From the NCBI GenBank assembly GCA_001655205.1, contig LPNZ01009306.1, forward strand, positions 1-64,000: 64,000 nt of DNA. Reading direction: 5' to 3'. Below are positions 46,464 through 60,057 of the stretch, piece by piece. The DNA is from Lenisia limosa. Taxonomy: Eukaryota; Protista; Breviatea. Under the pieces are notes generated by a model. The model did not search any database and was not told the DNA's origin. It worked only from the letters and a program-made list of their open reading frames with translations. Position 1 is the stretch's first letter, and every line of letters begins with the position of its first letter. A program made the translations under genes and the position numbers.

Positions 46464-49400
46464 CTAGCTTTCGCTTTTTAATAATTTAAATAAAAAACCC
46501 TCTGATCCCTGATCAATAAAATCCCCTTTGAAACTAATGTTATCACACATCTCAAGTAGTACATTAAGAAACAAATGTGTCAAAACAATAAATAGGGCTT
46601 TATCTGTCGTAACCCTTGACATGCCACCGAATAGCGTCCAACAGATGGCTGTTGATGGGGCTTTCACCAAGATGGAGTTTGGTTTGAACGTCTCGAACCT
46701 GAGGGGGATGTTAGTTACTCACAACAAAAGGATAATTGCATTGATTCAAAAAAAAAAAGCATGATCAAGAATCAATCAAGAGCAGATAAGCAAAAAGTCA
46801 CGCTTTCACCTACTTTAGCCATTCCGTAGTGAGACACCATTGCGAACAGTGCGTTTGGAATACAGGGTGGTACTCTTCCAGGTCCGTACTATATCGTCAA
46901 ATAATTGTGCGGTATTGGATGCTAAGCTTTAGATGATATCATTCTTTGAAGGGCTCACATTGTCTATGACCTGTTTGAGGAAGTTGTGGGCGCAACTCAG
47001 TGTATCGTTGAGTCTCCCAGATTTGTAAATGGTGGTCATCAGAGCCGTCCTTTGTTGTGAGCGTTATGTACCTGGATTTACATATATACATGTATCAAAA
47101 AGTGTGCATAATATATCATATTCTATGTACAAAATCTACTCACCAGGCTGGGAGGTAGAATGAAGTGGCTACGGCGGCCCTCCAAGCGTCTTCTGCCCGG
47201 TCCGGCTCAAACATCCGTGTAGCCAAGTTGGCCAAAAGGTGCCATTCATGAGACGTACGGTCGCATCGTTTCTGAGTGTTTCGGTACGGCCTATTTGCGA
47301 ATTATTCAAAAAGTCACCAATCAGTATGAAACTATTGTAATTATTATGAGCTGTTTTGATAGAGAGAGCAACTTGACTCGTGTAGCATACTCATCAACAT
47401 TCTGCCAGTGAACGAAAGTGCGTACATCCTGGAAAGCAGCCTGAAAACACTGGTCCAACCATCTAAATGATCAGCCATGGTCAAAGCTACACCAATATCG
47501 CAGAATGCCATTGCTGCGACACGTCAGCGTCGCTTACTGGCTGCAAAACACTTTTCCTCCCTCAGTGCCGTCGTCAAAAACGGAAAGGGTCTTGGCTTCC
47601 AGTGGCGTGGTCAAGTGCGTCTTCGATGCTGGCCTAAGGGGTTACAAGTTGGGATATGGTCCGAAAAGATCGGTATCGATATTTACTATTTATTTATCAA
47701 AAAAAAAGCCTCATTTGAGACCGAAGGTGAACCCTGGTAGGAAACAGTGACACGACCCACGTTGCAAGATCTGATGTGTCCAAAGTCGGCGACGGTTTTG
47801 GAGAAGGTTCAGATGGTGTGTCTGAACTTGTCAAAAAGGTCTGCAGCGATACAACAAGAGAAAGTAACCAATAAATGAGGCAAACCGTTGATAGGTTGTG
47901 TGGGAGTGTCATTGGAAGGGGGTGTGGATGGCTCAGCTTCAGGGGAAAGCTCTTTCTCTATTGTTGCCTCAACATCTGTAGGTTCCTGAGGGATTGACTC
48001 CTGAAAAGAGTCATAATTGAAAAAGAGATCAAACGGTTTTGGGAGTTGACTCTGACTCAGAAGTAACTGCTTCTTTGGGGCTTTCCTTGGGTGTGTCGGT
48101 GCCGGGAGCTTCCGTGGTTTGAGTGGGATTAGGGACTTTGGATGGAGTGGATCTGTTAAGTTAAATGTGGTGAAAACTGCCTTTCACTTAAAAAATGACA
48201 CTTACGGCTGGTGAACAGGGGTTGGTGGTACTGCGTTTTCAGACTGCATTACAAAGATCTCGGCTCTTAGCTTTAACAATAAGTATAAACAAGAAATAGT
48301 GTGAGAACAATGTTAGATTGCAACTAACTTTTAGACTCTCTGTCCATCCTTTGCCTTTAACACTGTTTGTGACCACCATATACGCGGCCTTAAGAGGTTA
48401 GCATTGTAAAACGCTTCAGTATGTTTCACGAAGCTTATAAAGTGACCAAATTCTCGCATACCTTGAACAAATCGTTAACGTCATCAGCAAGGAGGTTTTT
48501 CACAATAGAGTTTGGAGGAAGAGGGGTCTTAAAATGTCAGCGAAATGTCAAGGAAAACAAAAGCGAACTGGATCTTCCTGAGGGTAGAGTAGGTCTCTCA
48601 TGATAGAGCATTTTGAAGAGACGGAGTGCTCAACTTTACCAGGCTTTGTGAGTCGACCTTAACCGTCATAAACTAAGATGCCCTTTCATGTTAAACGATG
48701 GTGAACTCGCAACATGTAACATACAACACCTGGACCCTACCAGGCGGGTGATGGACGTCGGCATTGTGAAGTACTCTAGAGAACCTCTTGGCTCGGTTCA
48801 GATGGAAGAGGGCCTGTGGTCAGAAGTGCCAATAGTAGTATAACATAACAGCTTTACACTTTCACCTACATGTTTGTAGTCACCAAGCTCAACGTGGCAC
48901 TGGGCAACGATGAGGTACGGCCGCACCCCTTCAGTGTTGAGGCTGAGGGCTTCGTTGCAAGCTTGAAGAGCTATGTCGTAAGCCAAAAAAAAGAGTTGAG
49001 GCTGAAAAAGAGTCCCACAAACCCTGGTCATAATTGCAAGACTGATAGTAAATGTCAGCCATTTCAACCAAAAGGCTATAGCGATACTCTGATGCAAACT
49101 CCTCCTCCGGCTTCAGAGCTTGGATGGCTAAAATCAGACGCTGAAATGGTGAAGTTCAACATGTATTTACATATGATATAGCAGAGGGAAAGATTTCTAA
49201 ATTGAATAATTTACAGAGAATTCCTCAAGTAACATTGAGTTTACCCCCTCGACTACCTCAAGAGCAGGACCGTGCTCCTTTTGGCCAACAAGGAGCCATG
49301 CAATAGGGATTTGCATCACTGGGTGCGATTTCTTAAGAGTCATTAACCAATATATGAGTATCCCAACAAGCGATTTCATCTAAAAGACCTACCAGAAGGG

Positions 49401-50650
49401 GCTGGAAGAAGTTCAGTCCAACTTCAACCCTACAAGTGTCCAAAAAATGCTTCACCTATATCCAGCGTCAATGAAAACTAGTTGAGCTTTCATAAATCCA
49501 TAAGAATGATTAGCTCACAAGGATTTTGGACATGTAATTGACGGCCATGTTAGGACGGACGCTCTTGTCACTCCACCCTAGAGACGACGCCTTGTCCCAC
49601 AGCTTCTGCGCCAGCTTTAAGCCTGCTACCTCAGCTTCAGGTGATCTGAGCATGAGCATTTCGTGCAAATTGCAGACCACAAAAGATAAATACCTTTTCA
49701 TATTCCCCAAGAAAAGGCATACCTGAAGACGGGTAGAGATTTGAGGGCCGGGCGTGGAACGGCGGGTCCATCCAGGGCCCTCAGCATCGAGGACAGTCCA
49801 ATTTCGTCCCATTCGGCCTCGCACATCTCACCACTGCTGTGTAAGATCTTTTTTTCGCTGGAATAATAACTCACATTTTGCCGCTTGAGTCCACAGTGTC
49901 AACTTTAATGGATCCTGTGTTGTTAGAAAAAGAGGGGAAGTTGGGATCGGGAATGAGCTAAACAAACCAGGGAAGGAAACTTCACAACGGACATCATGGT
50001 TTCTGAATGGTCACAATCTAAGAATACCCACACCATGAAACCACACACATATTAACGTTACCAAAGAAAATCCATCATACCTGAACGGATTATAAGTTCT
50101 GTAGATACCGTTTTTGATTCTGTATTGCCCAGAGCCGTACCAGGAAGCTGACTCGTGCATTGATACAAGCTGATGGTAATATGTTGTCAGTGAACTCAAT
50201 TCAAGAAAATAAATGTAGTAAAAAAGTAATTACCTTACCTCTGAAAAATAAGCAGCCATGGAAGCAGGAGAGGAGACGTCCACACCAAGAACCCTATGAC
50301 GTGAAAAAGGGAAACAATGGAAATTCGAGGAATTCGCATCAAATTTGTGGATAGGCACATCTCAGCTTGACGGAATCGCATTACCAGTGATAGTAGCCAG
50401 CATCTTGGACCTTAGGCCGCATAAACTTTGGGAGGCTAGGCCTGTCGTGGACTTTCGTGAAATGGACTAAATCGGGAGGTCCCAGTCCTGTCCAAATTAG
50501 CCTCCTCATTATACCCAAAATCATTTAAAATTACTAAATTGGGCACAAACCTGATTGGAAAGCAGCAAGAGCAGAATCACGACAGGCATGGGACTCATTA
50601 AGATGATACTCTACTACCTCAGGAGTTCCATATATCACTTCAGACGCCAT
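46464..50650 (-). CDS. ChAP-family protein (exomer cargo adaptor, Bch1/Bud7-like) with TPR region and Pro/Thr-rich insert
   Basis: MASEVIYGTPEVVEYHLNES...FQSGLGPPDLVHFTK (50461-50488); DIALQACNEALSL...VAQCHVELGDYKHALFHLN; EWHLLANLA. Confidence 0.82.
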
Positions 50651-50893
50651 TTTTCTGTCTGAGGATGTCACCAGTCCATTAAGACTCGGACGATCTTTCG
50701 CTTTTGTGAGCGGCTGCTTCGCAACTTTTGCTTAAATATTTGTTGTGTGTTGTTACTATCTCACTATCTCAAATATCTTGCCTCCCTCTGGGAGAGCAAA
50801 ACGGGGAAAAGAGGCAAAATATGGTTCTGCGTTCCCCTTTGATTTAAAACTATTAACCGCGACCGTTTACTTGTGTGTTTACAAAGCTTCAAT

Positions 50894-52641
50894 ATGTTGC
50901 TCCGAGCGGTGTTTAACCAAGCTTCGGGAACCATTAATCAGCTAATAGGCAGGGCTGCTCATAAGGTGAGTTTTTTCTTCTTCACAAAGTTCAAAGAAAC
51001 AGCCTTATCTTCTAACTCTTAAGGTCATCACTCAGAATCTTGCTGAAAGTGTAGCATTTCAAAGATTTGCAGTGAGGTCACATAAGCAGGCAACCACCAC
51101 TGCCAAAGAAGGTGGGTTTCTGGTCTTCAGTCTTTAGGCGGATTATCCAAAGCCGTTTTTACTCCCTTTCTATTCGCATTTCACTCGTATTTTGTTTTAA
51201 AATTTCGCATTTTCCTTGTATTATTAGTTGTCTTGTATTTTAGATGATATAATTATGCTGACATTTTGCGCATATTCCTCACATTTATCAACATTAATGA
51301 ACTCATCAACTATTAAAATAGCCATGGACTAGTCATTGATTGATCTAGCTCTACTTTCAATTGAATATGACCTCTTTCTTGGTTCTTTTTGGTTCTTTTT
51401 GTTGTCATCCTCTTTTTTTTACCATGTAGCTACCAAAGCCTATAATCATCATAGCCAACAGATGGCCGGAAAGGTAGGAATTATCCTTTCATAATTGTTC
51501 ATGATACAGTGGTGAAATTTTCAATATTATACAGATTGTGAGAGTTGTTATGTCGTAGTTATGTACACATATAAGAGGTAATGCGAAAAAACAACTTTGT
51601 GCAAGTTTTATTTAGAGGGTTTTCTAGCCAGTTGTTGGTGTTGAGATTATGCGAAGACTTCTCCTCTGGGCCATTATACATAATATTTTTTGACTGGGTA
51701 CTTAATTTCCACGAATAAAGACTTATTAGAAGAGGAGAAAGTGAGGAGAGTAGATATTTTGATTGAGGAAAGAATTGTTCAGTTCGAGATGTCCTTCATT
51801 ACTGCTTCTAAATCCCCTTATTGTAATATTTTAATGTCAATGACGATGTTTGTGCTGAAGAGAGACTGCTGCCTTTTTTTCAAAAAAACTCGGCATAGCC
51901 CTTCAAAGGAAAAAAGGCATGCATATACAATAACAAATGATGTACAAATATTTGATGTCCAGTAACATTTGATTATTGGGACAACTCTAATACATCTGAG
52001 GACAATCCGAAGAGAAAGTTGTTTTCAAAATCAGCTTCTCAGAGACTCTCTTTATCAGAAGACTTCGGAAGCGGAAAGTTGTTACTTCCGAACATAGTTT
52101 ACGGGACAAAGTTATTTTTGCATCACCTCTATAATAGTATCTGGGTCTTTTTATGGGAAATAACACTAAAGTTAGACCTTGACTTGCCTTGTGTTAAATC
52201 TTCATTACCTTTCAGGTGACCGAGACACCAGCATTTCAAAGACTAGAGCAAGCTGCAGACATTGCGGTACATAGTTTGAGGGGTTTAGTTTTTTGCCTTC
52301 GACGTAACTTGGAAAACGGTCATTGTTTTTCTGTTTTGAAAGATATTTCATTTGTGTGAGATAACTAGCTCCTTATATTTTGAATGAATAGTATTTAATG
52401 ATTTTTGAACAACAGCTTTATGCTCAACTAAATTCTCCCCCCTTTTTTTTAACTTCGTAGATGTTGAGAAAGTTGGCAATATCCTTGAAGGCTTTGGTGA
52501 TGCTTTTACTCAGAAACTCTCAGAAGGAATAAACTCAGCAGAAGATGTAAGAGAGATTATTTGTTTGAAGCTTTTTATAACAGAAGGTATCTCTAACTGC
52601 TTTAGATAATCTCAGAGGCGAAGGACAAAACATACAGGTGA
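50894..52641 (+). CDS. Small NCBP2-AS2-like protein
   Basis: MLLRAVFNQASGTINQLIGRAAHKVITQNLAESVAFQRFAVRSH resembles the 'LANSxAFQRFAVRT' family; later exons less certain. Confidence 0.6.
51571..51824. mobile_element. Intronic interspersed repeat, copy 2 (MITE-like)
   Basis: Collinear similarity to 23441-23713; ends ataagagg...atccccttat form an imperfect inverted pair. Confidence 0.7.
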
Positions 52642-52793
52642 TATCTATTTTGACAATAATATGATAATCGATATATGATATATTATGACATAATTATTTC
52701 AGGGCTTTTCATTTCAAAATAAACTACATTATGTAATAATTACATTGCAACCTAACACAATAGTTACACTACAAGACCATACAATAAACACCT

Positions 52794-55700
52794 TCAATCC
52801 GAACATCCACAATCCATGTCACTCACTGGACCAATGCCAGGTTGTGACATATTTGATCGTTGACTTGAATTTAAGTCAGACGCACTTCCGGATTGCTGAC
52901 TATTGAGAGATCGAGATGATGACGAAAGTGCTGCAATTTCTTCATCTTTGTATTGACTCCTCATAAGCCTGTACATGAGATATTGAACACATCCAGGCAA
53001 CAAACCTCCTTGCAGTCACTGCAGCAGGAGCGTGGGACTTAGGGAGTTTAATTTCTGCCACTTGGTGCTGCAAGCCTGGTGAGCGCATTATCAGTGACGC
53101 CTGAAGAGTAAAGTACCAAGGAACAGGCCATACCTTCACCAATACTTCTTCCGCTGTTTCACGCTTGCTTTCAGACTCAGATATCCCCTTTTGGTAGTTA
53201 TGAATCTAAGAATTTAGTGAGACGGTGGGTCGCAGAGTCAAATCAAACAACGCCACCCCCACCAAAGTCCTAAACTCTTGAAGCTCATCATCTCTTCGCG
53301 CAGCAAGAACCTCCAGTCTTCGTCGCATAATAGCTGCCTCGGATTCAGCTGTCAAAGCATTGGCCGCAGCCTCTGCCATTTCCTTGACGGTCACTACAGT
53401 AATCCCGTTCAGTATCCCTTAAATGGGAAAAACCAAACTAAATGGTTGTGGTGATAAACAGCGAAAGAAAAAAAAACAAAGGGAGGGGGGAGTAAAACGA
53501 AGGAAATTTCGATGAAGAATATTGGCGNNNNNNNNNNNNNNNNNNNNNNNNNNNNNNNNNNNNNNNNNNNNNNNNNNNNNNNNNNNNNNNNNNNNNNNNN
53601 NNNNNNNNNNNNNNNNNNNNNNNNNNNNNNNNNNNNNNNNNNNNNNNNNNNNNNNNNNNNNNNNNNNNNNNNNNNNNNNNNNNNNNNNNNNNNNNNNNNN
53701 NNNNNNNNNNNNNNNNNNNNNNNNNNNNNNNNNNNNNNNNNNNNNNNNNNNNNNNNNNNNNNNNNNNNNNNNNNNNNNNNNNNNNNNNNNNNNNNNNNNN
53801 NNNNNNNNNNNNNNNNNNNNNNNNNNNNNNNNNNNNNNNNNNNNNNNNNNCAAAAACAAGCCCGAGAGAGCCTTTGAAGTGTCCTACCACCGCTCGATCA
53901 CCCAAACGTACCTGTAAGGCGTTAAAAAGTAAGGGAAATATTATTAACGGTCACAACCCAATCATAACGCTTAGAGCCGTCCCAAGCATACGACCCCCGA
54001 GGACAAAAAGATATATCACCTATCAGCGTCTCACCTCCTCTGCAGCTTTTTTGGCGAGACGGTTTCCTTTTACTTCTTTTCGGAGCAACTGCCTAGTTAG
54101 TGCATATTGCATGAAGAAAACTAACAATAGTTTCTCTTTCGAGATGTTTAAATGCGCTTTGGGCAGTTAGCGCTTCTGCCATTGCCATTTGAACTTGCTG
54201 CTCATTACTTAGGTCCTACTGTGGTCAAAGGAGAAGATATTTTCAAAGTGCAACAACTGCCATGCCCCATCTCACTGCAGTTTGTGTACCACAATGGGTT
54301 TGTCTAGTAGTTAATTTTGAGAGCAAGTGTTCACTTTCGTATCGAGAATCCTGAAACATCATCAAATATCACTTCTAAAGCTACCTCAATGTCCTTGTCA
54401 GCGAGATTCAACAGGGCGGTATGTGTCTGAGAAGTAAAAAAAAGAGAGAATTACATAAAAAAAAACCCTCTTCCATCCATTCGAACCTGTCGAAGCTCTT
54501 CCAAATGGCCTACTTCAAGAGTTAGGCTCTCAATCTACGCAATAAAAAATTATCTTAATCTCGATCCCGAACTCAGATCCAGAACAAACCTGAGATTTCA
54601 GTCTTTCCATGAGCCTTGAGTTTTCATCAGTTGTTGCCTCAAAATTTTTTTTCAACTAGAAGATTAGGTGTTGTGTACGGTAATAAGGCAAACTTGTTTT
54701 GAATATCTCTTTAATTTGTCTTTCTTAGCAGTCACAGAATTGAGTTGAAGACCCAATGTTTCATTCTGCATAATTAATGAAATAAACATATCATATTTAT
54801 ATGTATAAATAAATTTCATCAGAAACATTGAAAACAAAACAGACCTGACTGGCAAGTTTAGATACCTCATTGGTAAGCTGAACAATGGTGTCTTCTGAGC
54901 ATTTCTGTGCAGCATCAGCTTGAGATTGAAGTTCAATATGGTCAGTCCTCAAAGCCGCGACTCTTTCTGCTTCGCTGCCTGCTGCTGCTTCTAACTCAGA
55001 AATACGTGCACGGTAGAACGAAACCTCATCTTCAAGGGATTGTGTCTATTTCATGAGTTTCTTCTTAACCCAACACAACCTCAAGAAAAATGGTACAAAT
55101 CAAGTGTAATACAATATGCTATCGATATATTATATAATATGATCAAACACTGTTGTAAGAAATTGTTTTATTATTTTTTTAAAAATAAACCCCAAAGAAA
55201 AATAATAAGGAGTGAGACAAAACAAAATCGCCGAGTTGACTAGCCAACTTTTGCAGCATTGGCCAGAACTTGGCTTTCGGCTATGGTTGCTCTCATTTCA
55301 CTCTCTTCCAACTAAATATGCATGAGCAAGTTTATCTTTGTATACCGCTCACATCCAGATTGGTACGATTCAAGGCTGCGGCAAGAGAATCTGCTCTTGC
55401 TTGTACCTCTGAAAGACGGCCTGCACTTGCATTTGACTAAGTTGTTAAAAACAACACAGACAAACAGTGCCTTACCTTAACTCTCAATCCCGCCATTTCT
55501 CTTTCAGAGGCAACAAGAGCTGCATTTGCTTCGGCAGCTTTACGCCGACAATTCTCGGCTGAAAGATTCGTGAAACTTTGGAAAAGTCAACAAACCTTCA
55601 GTCATGGCTGCTCGTCTACTTGCAACTGATTCTCGCCTGCATGCATCCGACTTATCCGCTACAGGGGTGAAGTGAACTCTTGTCAATTCTTCAGTCTTAC

Positions 55701-56775
55701 CTGCAGCTTTGAAAGATTGAACTCTCTTGGCTTCCGCTCGGGCTTCTCCAATAGCAACATCTCTTCCAATGGCCATTTCCTGAACCTTGGCCATAAACAC
55801 TAAACAAAAAAACTGTTTTTTCACAATTATTCGATAATTGTCGAAACTGAAGAAGCAAACTTATTATAGATACCAAACAGGGAGCATTTTCCTACCTGAG
55901 CTTTAGCTGTTGCAGCATTGGCTCGAGAGACATTCAAAGCTGATGTCAACGCTTCAACCTACATGGTCACGTTTGCCTGACATTTCTGTCTTGAAGCTTT
56001 AGCCATACCTCCCGCGCCAAATTGCTGTTAGACTCGGACGCTATATCCAAGGCACGGGCAAGAGCAGCTAAATTGGCTGCCGGGTCCTGGAAGGTCAACA
56101 GAGTAATCAAATGAAAATCAAACAGCGAAGGAAGTCAAGAAATAGACTTCGGTGACATAAATAAGGCATACTTGTGAGGTGAGTTCCAATTGCATTAAAA
56201 GAGTTTGTCCAGATAAAACTGGTTGAATAGAAGACCTGAACTGGTTATTTCTCTTTAATATATTTTATCGTAAACAATGAAAATGGGACCGACCGCCTGC
56301 TCCAGGGACGTGGCGAAGGGGCCAAAAGGGACGATGATGATGATGAACGGCCAGTAGCTGCGATAGTCAGAAGCAAGGATTTTATAATATAATAAAAGGT
56401 CAGTTCACGATATCAGACCCCATAGGGGGTTACTCAATCACAGAAAAAAGGAAACAATCAAAACGAAGACTTACGTGGAGGGGATGAGAACTGGGGGCGG
56501 GGGGGAAGAGGGGACATGGGTGTGCTTCGCTGAAATATGAATATGTTTTTGTTTCCTACTTGCGACGATGGGGAGGCAGATCTACTGGACTGTACAGAGT
56601 CGGAGTAGGGTTGTCTGGACGATTACTTAAAACACAAATGTACCCACTCATCTTCCAACTCTGAAGCTAAAGCAGTTTTGGGGGACACTAAACGTAAGAT
56701 TAAATAAAGACATGACTCACCACAATTTTCCCAATGAAATTCTTCTGATTCTTGAACAGTGTCAAGAGAATCCAT
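52794..56775 (-). CDS. Large coiled-coil protein with a possible PDZ domain spanning the 53528-53850 gap
   Basis: Many short exons encoding Ala/Glu/Arg heptad-like sequence; KGSLGLVF before the gap and ILNGITVVTVKEMAEAA after it. Start uncertain. Confidence 0.6.
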
Positions 56776-57049
56776 TGTGTTGGAGCACTGCTGGGCTGAA
56801 GCTGTGATCCGATAAAAGTAAGCAGGCTAGGCCAAGCTGCTGTAAAGTTATGATAATTTTTTACCGTTCATCAACATTATTTCAATTTTCGAGCAGAAGA
56901 GAAAGGGGGGAAGAGGACAGGGTAAGGCAATGAACCTTAATGTATCAAAGATTTTTAAAATGAAACTGTCGTCAAACTGTGTCGCGATAAGAGATTAAGA
57001 GAGATATAGATAAAAGGAGCAGGGGCAGGAGAAAGGAGAAAAGTCCTGA

Positions 57050-57095
57050 GAGAAGTGCGCCGCAAAGGCCTGAAAGAAAAGTGCGCCGAAAAGTT
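57050..57095 (+). promoter_or_regulatory. Direct-repeat motif aagtgcgccg x2 upstream of RPS11 (candidate promoter element)
   Basis: Two copies about 120-160 nt upstream of the ATG in the divergent spacer; function inferred only. Confidence 0.3.
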
Positions 57096-57211
57096 GAAAC
57101 ATTAATTTCGTAATTTCTTCAATATGAACTGAACTACAGTCATCCAGTTTTTGTCCTTTTATTCGGGTTTTTTTCAGTTTTCCACCTCTTTTAACTCCCC
57201 CGAGAAGTAAA

Positions 57212-57990
57212 ATGTCTTCTAACGTTGGTGAGGTCCAGGTAGGTACTAGAAGTAACATAGAACATTGAAATAATGACCTAGGTCGAAAAGGCTTTCCAGA
57301 AGCAGCAATGCGTCTTCCTTAACAGCAAGAAGGCTCTTGGTAAGCTTGTAATGAAAAAGTAACATATTTGGCCTGTGTTTTTTTGTATGAAGTTGCTAAT
57401 GACTTATCTCATGCTTTCTAGCTAAGAAGACTGGCAAGAAGGCACGTTTCGTCAAGAAGGTTGGTCTTGGTTTCAAGACTCCCGCTACCGCTGTTGAGGG
57501 TACCTACATTGACAAGAAGTGCCCCTTCACTGGTATGTTATTCACATATGTTTAAGCAAAGCAGAACTTTTAGAATACATGAGATTTTTGATGGGGTGTT
57601 TATGACTTGCGTAGGCAACGTTTCCATCCGTGGCCGCATCCTTAAGGGTGTCGTTACCTCCACCAAGATGAAGCGCACTATTGTCATCCGTCGTGATTAC
57701 CTCCACTTCGTCCCCAAGTACCAACGGTGTGCTTTTAAAAAAAATTGGAGCCTAATTAACACATTTAGTTATGAGAAGCGCCACAAGAAGATCTCTTGCC
57801 ATTGCTCTCCTGCCTTCCCCAAGGTGAACGAAGGTGATATCGCCACCGTTGGCCAGTGCCGGTAAGCAAACTAATTTTTATTATTATTATTAACTCAATT
57901 AGTCCTCTTTCCAAGACTGTCCGTTTCAACGTTCTCAAGGTCGATTCCGTCACCAAGTTCGGTGCCAAGAAGCAGTTCCGTATGTTCTAA
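57212..57990 (+). CDS. RPS11: 40S ribosomal protein S11 (uS17)
   Basis: EKAFQKQ...VGLGFKTP...[23 protein letters not shown]...[26 protein letters not shown]...[17 protein letters not shown]...KQFRMF*; six exons. Confidence 0.97.
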
Positions 57991-58336
57991 GCATTTCCCA
58001 ATGCCCTTCTCAATGGAGTTCCCCACCCAACATTTGGCTCCTTTCTCTCCCTATATTAATGAAAGCACGTAATTATATGCGGATATCTTGGGGCTGTATT
58101 CACTTCCTTGTGCTTTCTCTTATTTCCGATAGCCCATGAAAGAAGTTAAATAAATATACATATTATTCGGTTGAAGATTTAAATGCAGATGGCATCATTT
58201 TCCTAGCTTTGCCTGAGATCATTTCGAGGTTAATGTTAGGCCAGCTTTTTGGGATGGGGATGGAGGGGAGTCGTGGAGCATCAAAGCTAAACAAATGAAT
58301 ATCTGGTCTGAAAACATTAAAGAACAATAACACAAA

Positions 58337-58954
58337 TCACACCACCAACACAATTCGAGATTCCTCGTATCTTCTTCCCGCCATGAACCCAACACCCATT
58401 GAGCTGCAAGCCAGCACCACGCTTGGCCTTTCTAAACAAGAGTCAAAAATACAAAAGACAATGAACATTATAATACCTCACCATACAAAGTGATTGTGAT
58501 ATGGTGTTTATATTTATAAACCTAGGACAATCTGAACGGAATATATTAAATTTAGCTTGTGACGCTGTATTGACATATCAACAGTCAACAGCTGGGATGA
58601 GATACATCACATGGATGTCATGCCAACCAGTCGCAAAATATTGGTTTTTGAAAGAAATATAAATTCACATAACAAACACAAGATTTTGATTTGATAAGAA
58701 ATTTCTGGATATATTAACATTAGAATACATGTCCCAAAAAGAAAAAGAACTGAGAATTCCAAAATAAAATGAAGTTTTTACCCGCACCCACTTGTAACCA
58801 AAAGGACACTAGCTCCAATCACTGCACCAACAGTCACGCCAATTACAGTTCTTGTCACCAAGTAATCAACTCGCTATAGACGGAATCAAGGAGAGAAAAA
58901 TGAACCATATAAAATACAATACAAAACCAATATATCAATGGTAAAGTGAACAAA

Positions 58955-59024
<70 letters not shown>

Positions 59025-59115
59025 TTTCCACTGAATACAAAAAACAAGTTTAGTATTGGGGCCTTTTTCTTTACTTTCTCACCTTTTCTGAATCAATGCA
59101 AGGGCTGACTGTCAT
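58337..59115 (-). CDS. MIC10: MICOS subunit Mic10 (MINOS1)-like, three exons
   Basis: Exons 59115-59083, 58873-58792, 58431-58337 give MTVSPCIDSEKRVDYLVTRTVIGVTVGAVIGASVLLVTKRPSVVLACSSMGVGFMAGRRYEESRIVLVV*: two Gly-rich TM segments around a KR loop. Missed by the ORF track. Confidence 0.7.
58960..59020. repeat. (GA)n microsatellite in the first Mic10 intron
   Basis: About 30 uninterrupted GA units. Confidence 0.97.
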
Positions 59116-60057
59116 TCTCTGAAAAAGGAAGGAAGGAAGGTCTGAGGGGTAAGTCTACAACACACTGGGGAAAAATACTATATCGTTATTTGGGGGGGGA
59201 CTGTGTTGCACCTGTATTGGCAATGTTGGGGTGTTGTTTGGGTTTTGTTTTGGGAAGAAAAGACAGAGGGGAGAGGGAGGAGGAGAAGAGAGACTGGGCT
59301 GAGACTGGGGGCACTGGGGGCGCCAACTGCATCAAAAGCAGCACAAGGGGGGTATATAATAGTCACGTGATTAATACTATTTAAATGTTGTTTTTTTAAA
59401 AAATAACCTTTTTCCAGGACAGTGTTGCCTATTTGGAGTATTCATTTGCCTCTTCATAGCGTGTCAAAACCTGGATAGATATTGGTGTATAATCTATTCT
59501 TTTGCTTTCTGAGCTTCTCTGCTCTAGTCTGTTGAGTAGTACCACCGAGATTTCCACCATTTACATGTTCCTTTCCTAAAACAAAAACAGCACATGACAA
59601 ATCTAACATCTTTCTTACCTGCTCTTCTTTTGACAGCTCTCTTGCTCCCTTCTGACTCTTCTTCTGTTTTGAAAGTGAAGGAGGAAGTTGCGTGCTGCCT
59701 CCTGTGATATCTTCACTTTTTCTTTTTCAGTCTCTTCTCCAAATGTAATCAAGGAGAAACTGACTGGAAACAGAGAAGCTGATAGTCAAAACAACATCAC
59801 ACAATCGTAAGCTCCGACAATAATATTTTTCATTTTCCAATCCATCGAGGTTATAAATTTTGTATATGCTTTCTTCCAGCTCCACACACCGAACTCACGA
59901 GAGTAAATAAATATTATGTTTATATGTTACTATAACATAACGCTAGTGCGAACGCCAATCAGTCAAACTTAAATTCTCGGTGAGAATTAGGGCTGAATAA
60001 ATAGAAACAACACATAATACTACAGTACTTTTTTGCGCTGTCCTGCGTTCTTTCTAA

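Noticed and set aside
59400-59830. Possible two-exon basic protein between Mic10 and LRRC40
   Set aside because: One plausible intron but no clear start, ambiguous frame and no homology.
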